From the NCBI RefSeq assembly GCF_036321535.1, contig NC_087436.1:21020001-21084000 (forward strand): DNA of 64,000 nt, read 5' to 3'. Positions 40,227-53,792 of this stretch are shown here, in pieces. The notes beneath the pieces are model-generated. The model searched no databases and was not told the origin of the DNA. It saw only the letters and a program-made list of their open reading frames with translations. A program made the position numbers and the translations under genes. This DNA comes from Camelus dromedarius (lineage: Eukaryota). Numbering within the stretch: position 1 is the stretch's first letter; every line of letters starts with the position of its first letter.

Positions 40227-43200
40227 GGAGATTGTATCGTATTCATCACACTACCTGACACTTCACAAGCTCTGGGTATTTGCGGAGTGAATACAGAAGG
40301 CAAGGGACGGGAAGGATTTTAATTATTGCACTTTTGAACGTGGGCCACTTAGAAGAAAATGGCGCTGTTCACTAAAATGGGAAAATTGGTGGTGAGAAAA
40401 TTCTGATAAACAAACTAAAATGAAATGTGATGATGATGTGGAACTGGAGTATCTCTGCTCTTCGGTTCCTCTTAAACACCCCTGATCTGTAACTGACCTA
40501 CAAAATTATTTTTTTAGGTCCTATTAGCAGTTCTGCAATAACAGGAGTCATTCCTTTGTTCATGATCGTTGTCTTCTTTCCTAAGTTCCTTGCACGCATT
40601 AAAAACTGTGACTCTATGAAGTAATTAAGACGATGAAGGGGGGGAAATGGACTGATTGTGTTTTGCCTGAAACTGCAGCATGAAAAAGGCTCAGTAGGTG
40701 GGCGTGCTGTCTGGCCATGCTTAACATCCAAGGAGATAAAAGATAACCCCTGGCAAGGTTCCACAGACCTCAGATTTTAAGGACCTGCATTTATACCAAA
40801 CACGAAATGTATCTGGGATGCCTCGGGCTGTATCACAGGTACAGAGAAGTGGTTAAACTGTGATTCAGTGAGTCCTACTCATGGATTTAACCATTTTAAA
40901 GCCCAAACAAGATTTTTTATTGCAAGAAACAGATTATTTAGTTGGAGAATCATTCTCTCAGTTGTTCATCATTTTTTATGAAGGCTTCTGTGGGTCTTTT
41001 TTTTTTTTTTTTTTGCATAAAAGGACATTCTCTATGTCTGCCAAGTTTGGAAATGTTATCCAATTCTCTGTCATAGAGATCACAGTTTGCAAACTTAGCT
41101 CGCAAATTCAAATAACTATGTAATTTCCAACCACATCTTTAATTTAGAGCATCTGACACTATAAGGCATGCCAGTGAAAGTAATGGTATCGAACACCATA
41201 AATGTCTTGAGAACAAATAAACCAATAAAAATGTTACTCAAGATAATGTGTGCAGTAAGAAAACTCACAGGGAATTTATGTCTGCTTAAAGCATCTATTC
41301 AAAATTTGCTTTTACAACTACTTTAAATGAATAATAAACATGTTACATTACTAAAAATAAACCCATTCAACAATAACAACAGAAAGCAGCTGGTGTGATG
41401 GGCTGTTCTTCCACTGCAGCTGCTGTGTGTTATTTAAATTTTACATTTTGCAAGCGATATAAAAGCAGTCTAGACTTTTAAAAATGCTGTATTCATTGGG
41501 ACTACTTTAAAATTTTCTCTTATAACTCAGAATTATAATTTTTTCAACTTGAAAACATAAATTTTCACCCCTATATTGCAGTGTTTGTGTTGTAATGTCT
41601 ATGCTTTCAAATATATGAAATGGATGTGGTCAAAAGCTTAATAAACTTCATATACTACATATTTTCATCTGTTTACAAGACTTTTGTTCAAGAAGTACCA
41701 AAGAGGAAAATAGACACAATTTTCCAAGTACAAACTGTATTTATTCTTCTGCATATTAGAGAATAAAGCAAAGCCTAGAAAAATCTATACATGAAATACT
41801 GTATCATTATGTGAACTATGACAGCTGAACATAAACTTGGGAATGATTCAGTTAAACAGTCTAAATGTATCAGGTCCTGGGGAACACGAGTAAATGAAAA
41901 GCCACTTCTGGTCCCAAATGGAAGGAATAAGCATGGAAACCAACAAGATGCTGGGAGTCTTGGATGCCTAGATGTCAGGCACTTTTCCCACTTCATTTCA
42001 TTTAATTCTCCGTCTGGGTGGTTTGTCCTGATGCCTTCATCCCCTCTCCCGCCGTGAGTCCTCTCTGCTCTTCTGTGATGTCTTCCCCTACAGTGATCCA
42101 TCCCTGTTTCCCTTTCCTCTCTCTTTTCCTTCCCCTACAACATCCTAATTTTTTCCCTATGTATCCTCCAGAATAGAATAATAATAATAGGATAATAATG
42201 AGTGGTTATTTGTTTAAACAGATGCCCTGTATACAAAATTAAAGATTAATCTACAGAGGACCAACTCTATGGAGTCCACTCCTGGCTTCAACATCCCTTC
42301 CACATCACAGCCCACCAAGGTCGAGAAGTGGGTGACTAGGGTGGGGGGGTGCTTCTTTGCCATCCCTACTATGGGGTCAAAGGAGACAGCTCTATACCAA
42401 TGGTCATTTCTTACGATCTCTATTTAAAATGAAACTAAATGTGTATGAGATCCTTTCTCCCTGACCCATGCTACACTATACACCCTGGTGTGCTAAATAT
42501 TCCCATAGTGCCTAAAACACGGACATCTTCCAAAAGTCTTCTGTCTTAGCAGGCAAAAGACACTTTGTGAAACAACACTGTGTCCTTTCTAGATGAAAAC
42601 CATGCTTGAGTATAAAGCATGCACTTTATATTTTCCCAGCAGAGACTGACATGTAGTCTCTCCTTTGTCTTATGTCCCAGTGGCTTAATTAATCCATGCC
42701 ATCTGCCCAAGCCTCTAAGTATTTGAGTTTAGAGCTCCTTTAGATTCCCCAGCCACACTCTGATCACACCTGTTAACCTTGTCAATCCCCCCAAAATTAT
42801 AATTAGCAATTGACTTCAATGATTCAAAAATGAATTTGTCTCTTAAGCAAAATTTCCAAAGTGACTCCAAAGTGTACACACCCATCCTTGAGTGGGGAAG
42901 GGAAGAATGAGAGATCTTGTTACCTGCTGCGACTTCAAGAAACCTTACCTACTGGTCTAAGGAAGGGTAGCCTGCCTTCAGCAAATCCAACATGTTTCAC
43001 CCTTGCTAAAGAAGAGCGTGCAAACACAGCCACACATGCAAATTTAATCTCGTTTGATCATCCTGCCACTCTTAGAATCTTCTTTTAAAAATAACTTTGA
43101 TATGCCAATTATTAATTCGTCATTAACAAATGACTAAGTTTCTTTCCATTGGAATCTCTAATAGAAAATATTTAAGAAAATGTATTCAAGTTTACTGAAT

Positions 43201-43282
43201 GTATTGGAAATGCCTTGAAAGTCAAAATTAAATAAATTCACGACCTTAAAAATATTCTGAACATCAGAATTAAAATATCCTG

Positions 43283-46200
43283 TGTAACCAAGGAAGACCC
43301 TATGAGACCTTCCCAGGGCAGACCCCTCCCCCATATCCTCTACTGTAGCTCCTCCCTGAAGTACCCAGATAACAGCATCTCATGCATATTTCCTGAGTTT
43401 CTCAGATGCTGAAAACCACCACCAAATGGAAGAATTAACTACTTGATGATCACGAGCAAGTAGCTCCCAGACCTTCTGACATCTAAGGATCAATCACCAT
43501 CAACCAATCAAAACTGTACACAGCTGATCACATACCCTGGGCTGCCCCGCCCTCAGCTGGCCTTTAAAAAGCCTCAGCTGAAACCCTTTAGGGAGTTCAG
43601 GTATTTGGGGCACTAGCCACTCCTCCTTGTTCAGCCGAGCAACAGACCTTTCTCTGTTCCAGACTTCAATGTTTTGGAATAGTTTGGCCTCACTGTGTGT
43701 TAGGCACACAAATTTACGTTCGGTACAATGTTGGCAAAGCCAGCCTAGGAGTTTATGCCCATGGAGATGGAAGGGACTGCCCCTTCCCTGTGTCCCAGCA
43801 GCTGCCAGAGCTCACTTCCCTCAGGAGAACCAGCAGTCACAGGCCGGCGGCCCTGGTGCGAGGCTGTTTGGAGCTGAGACACACCGGAGCTGCAGTCCAC
43901 ATTCGCTGTCACTTGGGGGTGAGTGGCTCCAGCTTGCTCAGACTGGGAATTCTCTCCACTCCATCTGGGCTCATCTGCTTGCAGGAGGTTAGCTGTCCTG
44001 GGCTCATTGTGAGCCACTCTGAGTCTGTTCTCTTTCGAGAGCTGGGGCAATCTGTTTGGAGGCCTCCATCTGGGAGCGGAAGAGGAATTTTTAGACTACA
44101 CCTCCTCTGACTCTGTGACCGACCGTAGCTTATCGGTTGTTTGTGTTTTTGTGGGACCATGTTTGTTGTTTGTATGTGCAGGTGTATCAGGACTTGCATT
44201 GGCTGGTGAGACGTCTTTGGTGAGTAACAGGGCTCGCGGTAACGACGCCAGGGTATCCTACCCTATCGCTTTGGCTTCACCTGCCATGGAGTTTTGGTTG
44301 GAATTTTCCCTTTCTTGCCTTGGTCTTTCATTCAACTTCATCTCTGATGGGGCACTGGTTGGGGTTTACCCCTTTTGGACTCATGAGGCATTGGTTAGGA
44401 ATCTCCCTTTTGGAGCTACAGAACTGTGACCCTGAAAGACTGTTTTGGATCGTTGTTTGCTTGACATTTGATAACATCAGCTGTGAATAATTAAGTATGG
44501 ATGATCAGGGCTCCGTTCCATTTTATAGTCCTCCTAGGGCATATTTGCAAAACCAGGTCTTCAGCTATGCTCCCATAAATGAAAGAAAATGATACTTTTT
44601 ATTGTAACACTGTGTGGGCTCAGTACCCCCTGAGATCTGGAGAACAATGGTCCCTAATGTCTCTGCTCTTATATCAAAGTGGGCCTTTTGCAGTTTGGCT
44701 TTTACCCTTGGCAGGGTGGGGTTGGGGTGAAGTGTCTGGGTACTTGAGCCCAAATCTTGTTCTTGTCCCGGTTTTGTGGAAAGTGAGGCATGTGAATGTG
44801 AGCGAATGACATATACATACTATTGTCTATTACTGTGAGTTCTTTAAACTGAAGTGGATATATGGGAACTGGGGAAAAAATTCCTGAAAATAACCAAGAC
44901 GGCTGGGTTTTGTAAAAGCAGTTAGAGGAGGAATTAGCATTTCTCTTCTGTGCCTTTGGGATGTAGGTGATATATCTGGTTTCTCAAGGAAAAAAAGAGG
45001 TTTTTTTAAAACTCCAGTGGAAAACTGAGAGATCTCTGGTTCTGCCTGTCTTTACGTTAAAAAAAAAAAAAGACTTGTAAATTATTTAATTGACTTAAAA
45101 GTAAGTGCTTACAAATTAAATACTTCTAAGTGTAAAAGAAGATAGAACAAATTTTGGGTTCATGTGATCTGGGAAATGGTCAATACTGAATTGATGTCTT
45201 TAATAAGCTAGCTTAAGCTTGTTGGTATAATCAATACAGACGTGTCTTTTATTGTACCTACATTGACAAAAGGTTAATAAGTTCATGTTTCTGTTGCAGA
45301 GTTTGTCAGCAGAAAAAAAAAATTAACTTGGTATGATGAAACTCCTATAAATGAATTAAATGCAAATGGGATAACAGCTTTTGAGTGAACTGTTCAGAAA
45401 TGATTATGTTTTAGGAATGTCTACTTAAAAAGATCCCTCCAGACATTCAGTAACTTGAAATTTTAGAGTCATGCTAAACTGAGTTAAATGATGGAAGTTT
45501 ATTGAACAGTTGAATAGCTAGGCCATCCCCAAACCAATTAAGATACTGAAACATTCACTGGAGGTTGAGATTTTTGACAATTGAGGGTTCTAATTTAGAT
45601 GTGTAATCAAAGCTACTGAAAATGATGGGGGAAATATTTCAGTGTGTTTCAATGTGCAGTAGGAAAGTAAGATGTGTTTTTTGAGTTTAAAAAAAAAAAG
45701 GTATGAGTAATGGAATTGTCTTTTGTTAAAGGAAAAGAAGGTGATATGGTCCTGGAGCTGGTTGTTTCAAGGTGGGAGAAAATAAAATACCGGCTAACAA
45801 TGGATACAGAAAGTTGTAGAAGGTTTGTAGAGAGGGAGCCTAAAAAAGGAATTCTGTGCACGGTTGGGCTGAGATAAGATTAAAATTATTTAGGTAAATG
45901 GACTTTGTTTTTAAAAGTAGTCTGGTGCAGGACTAGATTTCGTCCCTCTCTCTTAAGAGAACAAGGTTACTTAGAATGCTTCTGACAACAGATTGTGGGA
46001 AACATTTTGATATTTTTTTGACAAACTTCCTATTCTAATGAAAGTTCTTTTAACTTCAGCTAACTTTGGGATGCTTCAGGGCCCCTTGAGACATCTCAGA
46101 GAAAAATATTAAACGAACTAGGACTGGTTGGTATGTTGAATTATATGGGAAGCATTGACAAATGAGTGATAAGCCTTCTTGGATTATACAGTATGAATAA

Positions 46201-48484
46201 ATGTTGTTAGTGTGAACATTCTAGAAATTATATAAAGTTTCTGAAATTTAGATGTGTCCTGGTATAATGCTGTAGCCATAATTCTGGTTGTTACCTTGAA
46301 ATGTTGTACATCACAGCAGCGTGATTAAGCTTCTTTGTCAAAAACAATTGTAATCAGATCTTTTACCTTACATTTTTGGGTCTTTTGTCATTCATAGACA
46401 GTTAAGCTGATGCTTTGCAGAACTGCTTTATCTTCCAGAAGATTCATAAAAGGAATTTTTTTGACAAGTACAGGTTTCTTTTAAATCTTACTGCTGAGCT
46501 GGGTAAGATATTTAAGAAACATAATGAAAACTCTGATTTCATAAAACTGTTAGTTAAAAAGATTGATTGCATAGGATTGAGTGAACTGATGAATATGGTT
46601 ATAATATTGAGTGTTTGAAGTATGATGGGCTTTTATTCTGTTTTCTAATTGAACTTCTTACCAGATGTTTCTATTGATACTGCCCCTGATGTTTAGGATG
46701 GAAAGAGAATTCTCTATGAAAATGAATATATGTATGTATATGCATGACTGGGACATTGTGCTGTACACCAGAAATTGACACATTGTAACTGACTGTACTT
46801 CAATTTAAAAAAAGAAAGAAAGAATTCTCTAATGGAGTTGTCACAGTATAACTACTCATGATGTATAACAATGCTTGCTCTAAGTCTACTGCTAAAAGCA
46901 CATGTACGGTGCTTTTGTAACAACTGGGTATAAGTGATAAAATGTATGGCCTATATAGTGTCTCCCCATTAACGTACCTCTGAGCCTTTTCATGATATCT
47001 GATTAGGTTTCCCCCAATATGGATAATTAGGCAAATATAGAGGAGGCCTAGGACCAAGGTACATGATCTAAACCTGGGGCAGGAGCTATCACCTCAGCAT
47101 CAATGGACAGATATTTTGATCATCAATGCTTTCTACTGAAAGATTTGTAATTAAAGGGGGAAATGATGGGAAAATCTGCACATATCAAGGTATGGGGAAT
47201 AGTCATTCTGGCTTATGCATGGTTTGACTTAAGCTTTACTGACCACCAAGTAGCCTGTTTTCTGGCCCTTTGGACATGCATTGTACATCTGCTTTGGCCT
47301 TGAGGAGGGGAATGCATTTAAAAGTCAAAATGGAGTAGCTGTGGTTCAGACATCCAAGGTAAAACTAGGTAGCCATTGTGGACATAATTTCAGACACATT
47401 CCTGCGTTGTTGAGAGCTTGAATTTTCTTAGCTGTGTCATACCTGAGATGCCACCAGCCATTCTCAAAGCAGTGTCTCCTGGCAGATGGCAGCTGCAAAC
47501 TTATGACCTCAGGGTATCCTCTGGTAACTATTAAATTTTTAGACAATAAAATTGCTTTAGACATTAGGAGAAAAAAGAAATATGTGGTGGCCAGAAGCTC
47601 ATATGTATATGTTAACACCACATCCAAAGTTAAAACCTACTCAGATAAAAGTAGACAACTGGCTACAAGTCTCCCCTAAAGTGCCAGGTCCAGACTGGTT
47701 TTCAGGTTTAATTTTCTTGAATTCCTCAGGGAATGAGATCTTAATCATACAAGACTTGGATCCAGGACTTGGAACTTGGGACTATTTCCAAATTGGATTC
47801 CATTCCCTCAATCAAAGTAGGACTGTGCCCCTTTTCAGCAGGAAGGAGTCAGAGTGGTCATCTCCCCAATCCCTGAAAGATTTTGGGAGCGATGAAACAG
47901 GATTGGCAATTGAAACTGAGTTCCTCTGCCAAGTTTATGATTAACCTCTATCCAGAATATTATCCTCCTTCTTGTCCAACACTTGTTCTTAAGATTGAGG
48001 AGTATCAAAGAAAGGGGTAAGTTGTAACCCAGTAGGACCCTATAGAGCCTTCCTGGGAAGACCCCTCCCCCATATCCTCTGCTGTAGCACCTCCCTGAAG
48101 TACCCTGATAATAGTTTCTCATGCATATTTCCTGAGTTTCTCAGAAACTAAAAAACCACCACCAAATGGAAGAAATTAACTACTTGATGATCGTGAGCAT
48201 GTAGCCCCGAGATGATCTGGTGGTAAGGATTGATCACCATCAACCAATCAGAATTTGCACAGCTGATCACATGCCCTGAGATGCCTGTCCCTCAAATGAC
48301 CTTTAAAAATGCTCAGCTGAAACCCTTTGAGGAGTTCAGGGTTTAGGGGGCATGAGTCACCTGTTCTTCTTGCTAAGCTAGCAATAAACCTTTCTCTGCT
48401 TCAATCTATGACATTTTGGGATTTTGTTTGGTTGGTTCTTTTGGCTTCCTATATGTCAGGCGTACTAATTTGATTTCAGTAACA
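43283..48484 (+). mobile_element. Non-autonomous ERV1-class provirus (LTRs 43283-43727 and 48023-48484)
   Basis: Two homologous tgtaacc...aca LTRs; degenerate tRNA-Arg primer-binding site tggcaaagccagcctaggag at about 43732; gag MA-like remnant FYCNTVWAQYPL..GEQW at about 44597-44655; polypurine tract before the 3' LTR; TSD cctg / cttg; no pol recognised. Confidence 0.88.
46717..46820 (+). mobile_element. Short L1 3' end inserted in the ERV
   Basis: TSD agaattctcta at 46706-46716 and 46821-46831. Confidence 0.88.
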
Positions 48485-48659
48485 CTTGGAGTGATTCTGA
48501 ATGACATTTCAAAACCAACAGGTCAATTAGCAAAGCCATGTTTATATGAAATCCTCTCCATTTTTATCCCTGAGTCAGCTTAAATGGGCAAGTTACACTA
48601 GTTTTTGGTCCATTCTGAGGAAAATGCATATTGCATAAGTACAGCATTAATTGGAAGAC

Positions 48660-48800
48660 GTCAAACAAGGGGAATAGGCAGCTCACACTCAAAAGACACA
48701 AACTCTTCTGTGACTTTCAGGGACGGTTTTTAAGGACAGTGTGAAGGATAGGGTCTCAGGATGCATGGTCAGCTTGTGCTCGATTCTCTGATTGGTTGTG
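48660..48800 (-). mobile_element. LTR fragment related to the proviral LTRs (MER21-like)
   Basis: ggtcagcttgtgctcgattctctgattggttg resembles the reverse complement of caaccaatca...cacagctgatca in the ERV LTRs. Confidence 0.55.
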
Positions 48801-50145
48801 ATAAATATACTAACATTATTTTCAGGACTTGGCTGAGCTCTACATTTCAGATCAATACTTAAGAGAGAAAATGTGATTTATTAAAAATAATTCCTCATCA
48901 GATAAAACTTGTAGACAAATAAGACTATGCTTAAAAGCTAGACTTCCTATTAACTCATTCAAAATAGGTTAATGAAAAGCCCAAATAATGAATAAAATGG
49001 TGTCATCTTTAAGTCATTTTGACATCAGAGTCAACTAAGATTTCTACAAAAACACTACCAATTAAATATTATCAATATTCATCATTATTTGAGCTTTGGC
49101 TCCTAAAATTTGAAACTACTCGAAAGGAAATCTCTGCTAAATAGACATGGTACCTACATATACTATCAGTGAGCAATGAACATCAAGGAGATCAGAAATA
49201 GTTTTTTACCCTTGATTCTTTTTTTTAACATGTGTTCTTATTGCCTTCCTTTGAAGTAAAAACAATTCTTTTATATGTTGTATGGTTTAAAGTATAATGA
49301 TCAGTGATCATATGGCAAATCCGTGCTTTTGATTTTGAAGGTCTTATTTTCGACCAGGAATGAGGGCATTTGAATCAGCTCTTTGTCCTGGTACAGAGTG
49401 GAAGAGACCCTTCCTCGCTTACCTCCCACGGGCTCCCTGACTTTGACTCCTTGCTGCCCAGCCACAGCCCACACGGGAGCCCTGCGAGTCGGGGTGACAC
49501 ACCCATCAGTCTGAAGGGCAGCTCTCTCTGGCAGGAGTGAGCCAGGGCCACCTGCTCTCATCCTGGTGTCCGTTGGACTCTCAAAAGAGCAGGAAAATAA
49601 TCTGATTCTCCCTTCTCTCTCCTTCCCCAGACCACTCAGTTCTCAAATGTGCTGACTGTAACCATGACCTTTACATTAACAGGATAACTAGAAGGATTTG
49701 TTGGGAGAGTTTTAGAAGCTCATGAGTGCAACATCATATATTTGATACAAGCTGTGTGGCTACTCCCATTCATGATCTTCTCCTTGCCAACTTCTCAGCG
49801 CCCGTCCTGCAGGGCATGGAGATCCTTATTCAGATCTACACAAAGGAAGACAAGCTCCTGGGATGTGGTCATTGAGGTGGAACTATGGCCACTGCATTCC
49901 TTGCCTGGAAGGGACGATAGGAAATATAGGTGCCCACTGATTCCATGTGTAATGGGGCAAAGCTGGCTCAGCCACTGACAGGCTGTGTGCTTTAACTCAC
50001 TTCTCTTGAAGCTGCTATCCCGACAAATGACAAATGATCTACATGGCCAATGGATGCCATTTCTTAATGGCTTTTTTGGAGGGAGGGGATTATTGAGTGT
50101 GCTTTTTTTTCCCCCAACTTGTAGCCTTTCTGGAACATGTTCTCT

Positions 50146-50444
50146 TTTTTTTAATTCAAGTAGTCAGTTTATAATGTGTCAATTTCTGGCGTGCAGCGTA
50201 ATAGTTTAGTCATACATATATTCCTTTTTATATTCTTTTACATTATAGGTTACTACAAGATATTGAATATAGTTCCCTGTACTATACAGTAGGAACTTGC
50301 TGTTTATCTATTTTATATATAGTAGTTAGTATCTGCAAATCCTGAACTCCCAATTTATCCCTTCCCTCTGCCCCCATTTCCCCCCTCCTGGTAACCATAA
50401 GTTTGTTTTCTATGTCTGTGAGTCTGTTTCTGTTTTGTAAATGA
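50146..50444 (-). mobile_element. L1 3' end
   Basis: T-run plus L1 3'UTR; approximate TSD tggaacatgttctct / tggaacttgttcttt. Confidence 0.85.
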
Positions 50445-51996
50445 TGGAACTTGTTCTTTAATGTCAAGAGTTCATTGCTGATCCCAAAGCCAACTGAAAT
50501 AAAGTCTCTGTAGGTTTTTTGGCAGTATTGTAATGTGAGATGTTTGTCAGCAATTCGATTCAAGGCATTTATCTTGCAAAATTTAGAGTTTAGGCTCTTT
50601 TATTTCTCCAGTTAGCAGAGAAAAAAAAAAAATAGCTTCAGGCAAGGTCAGGTTGAATAGCTGGTCTCTTTAGCCTCGCCGGGTAGCAGAGATACTGGTG
50701 TAGAACTTCCTAGTTCGTGAGGCAAAACCTTCCACGTGATCTCAGTCATTTCTCCTGAAGTTGGACATGTCCCACTGAAAACAGACTGTCTCTCTGCCGA
50801 AGCACAAGCACAGTATTTGGACACATAGTCTCCTTTCTGTGACCTATTAAATGCCACTTATGAACTGCAAGGCAGACCCGACTATTTATGGAGTGGGCAA
50901 GTCCCCAGGGGCATGTGAGGACTCCTCTGTAGGACACACTTTCAGTGATAGTTGAATTAATTTACAAAGTAAAATTTTTCTACCTAAGACCTGTAAATCT
51001 CCATTTCCCATCTATAATTGTAACAATAACTTACATTTATTGAACACTTACTGTGTGCCAGGTACTGTTCATAGCCTTTTATGTGCAGTAATCTATTTAA
51101 TTCTTATAATGGCTCTGTAAGATAGGATCTATTATTATATATAAACTAGAAATAAGACACATTGCCACCTTGCAGGGTTTCACAAGGGTCCAATGATGCA
51201 GGGCGTATGAAAACCTCCAGGATAGCACATAGTTTGTAGCTCCTTTCTTTCCCACTTAATGATAGACTTGAAATGCAGCTCAGGTTTAAAGGATATAAAT
51301 TGAGGATGGTGAGAGATAAAAGAAATACAATATGGATAAGTAAGATTGCCCTGTGGAAGGAAAACTCTAATAAAATAAATATTTGGCTAGAAATCAAATT
51401 GTGTTCTCTCAACAGAGCTGTCATCAGCCTCTAATGAGTTGTCATAGTCTGAGGATGGGAGAAAGAGGTTAACCTACATCTGCCCTGGTTTTTTCCGCAT
51501 AGCACCTCGACTTTATAGTATGTCAGTTACTAATTCCTCTGCTCTTTCATTCTTTGATTCATTCATTGAATCAACAGTTATTATTTACCTGCTCTGTGCC
51601 ATGAGCATCAGGTACCAGGGATGAACATTGCACACTCCCTGCTCTTATGGAGCTTGAAGTCTAGTGGAGGGGAGGGGCAACAGACCTTAAGTTGTCCGTG
51701 AAAGTGTATAATTGCAAACAGATTTAATATGGCTTGGGGAGCATAGGAAAAGATCTTCCTGAAGAAGCAGGACTTGAACTGAGAGGAAAGAGGAAAACCA
51801 GAAGAGTGTGGCGAATGAACGATACCAAAACAGTCTCAGGATTTTTCCACCTAGACATTACTAATGACCTTAGCAAGAGTTTTGTTGAAGAGTCTAAAGT
51901 GGAAGTGGGACTGGAGTGTCTAAGAGGGAGTTGGTAGGAGGTTAAGAAATGGAGATAGTAAGCAAAAACAAACAAAACACAAGAACAGTAGCAACA

Positions 51997-52895
51997 AATT
52001 ATCAGAGAAATGCAAATCAAAACTACAATGAGGTATCACCTCAACCAGTCAGAATGGACATCATTCAAGAGTCTGTGAATGATAAATGCTGGAGAGGGTG
52101 TGGAGAAAAGGAAACTCTCCTACACTGTTAGTGGGAATGTAAATTGGTTCAGCCACTATGGAGAACAGTATGGAGGTTTCCTTAAGAACTGAAAATAGAG
52201 TTACCATATGGTCCAGCAATCCCACTCCTGGGCATATATCCAGAGAAAAGTCTAATCCTAAAAAGATACATGTACCCCAGTGTTCATGGAAGCTCTATAT
52301 ACAATAGCCAAGACATGGAAGCAACCTAAATGTCGACAGACAACTGGATAAAGAAGCTGTAGTATATTTATACAATGGAATACTACTCAGCCATAAAAAA
52401 GAATAAAATAATGCCATTTGCAGTAACTTGGATGGACCTAGAGGTCATCATTCTAAGTGAAGACAGGAAGAGAAAACAAAATGCCATATGACATCATTCA
52501 TATGTGGAATCTAAAAAAAGAAAAAAGAAAAGAATAAAAGAGGTCTTTAATGAACTCACCTACAAAACAGAAACAGACTCTCAGATGTAGTAAACAATCT
52601 TATGTCTACCAGGGGAAAGGAGGTGGGAAGGGATAAATTAGGGAGTTTGAGATTTGCAAGTGTTAGCCACTATATATAAAACAGATTTTTTTAAAGTTTC
52701 TTCTGTATAGCACAAGGAACTATAGTTAATATCTTGTAATAACCTTTAATGAAAAAGAATATGAAGACAAATATATGTATGCATATGCATGATTGGGACA
52801 TTGTGCTGTACACCAGAAACTGACACACTGTAACTAACTGTACTTCAATAAAACTACACTTCGTTGTTACGAGGGAAAAAAATGGGAAAGAAAGA
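51997..52895 (+). mobile_element. L1 3' portion with a short 3' extension
   Basis: ORF2 C-terminus and 3'UTR; TSD aagaacag(t/c)agcaaca at 51981-51996 and 52896-52911. Confidence 0.9.
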
Positions 52896-53269
52896 AAGAA
52901 CAGCAGCAACAAAACACCACTTTTAAGAAGCCTGATGGTGAAGAAGAGGAGAGGGAGTTAGCTGGAGGGGGAGGGTCAGAGGACAAAAATATAAACAGTT
53001 TATTTAGCTTTCTGTCATCCTAGCTGCCCACCCCTTCTCTGCCTACAATGAAAATAGCACATGACAGGATAATTGCCAGAGTGAGTGGTGCTTGGACAGG
53101 AACCAAAATTACACTCATACAAGAATGTTCACTTGGTAAAATTTAATATATGCAGCCCAGTAAGTTTTATTATGAAAATATCCTTGGACAAGGCAGGAGC
53201 CTTATAAAATAGAATGCCTCTTTCATTTACAATGGAATTTTACCTGTGTTTCAATTAAAAAATATATAT

Positions 53270-53792
53270 ATGTATTTATTTTTTTAATTGAAGTATATAG
53301 TTGTGTTACAATGTTGTGTTTCTGATGTACAGTATAGTGATTCAGTTATACATATATATTCTTTTTCATTATAGGTTATTACAGGATATTGAATGTAATT
53401 CCCTATGCTATACAGTAGTACCTTGTTGTTTATTTTATATATAGTAGTTTATATCTGCTAATCCCAAACTCCTAATTTAGCCCTTCCCACTCCTTCCTCT
53501 CTGGTAACCACAAGTTTGTTTACCAAAATGTCAATTGACAGATGAATGGATAAAGATGTGGTGTGTATATATACATATATATGTGTATGTACACACACAC
53601 ACACAATGGAATACTAAGCTATAAAAAGTGAAATAATGTCATTTGCAGCAACATGGATGGACCTAGAGATGATCATACTAAGTGAAGTCAGTCAAAGACC
53701 AATATGATACCACTTATTTGTGGAATCTAAAAAAAAAAAAAAGATACAGATGGACTTATTTACAAAACAGAAACAGAGTCACAGACATAAAA
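53270..53792 (-). mobile_element. 5'-inverted L1 insertion
   Basis: Minus-strand 3' end (to 53521) abuts a plus-strand segment (53522-53792) that lies immediately upstream of it in L1. Confidence 0.85.

Noticed and set aside
43627..44429. Overlapping 96-137 aa ORFs
   Set aside because: GC-rich ERV leader region; no retroviral protein similarity.
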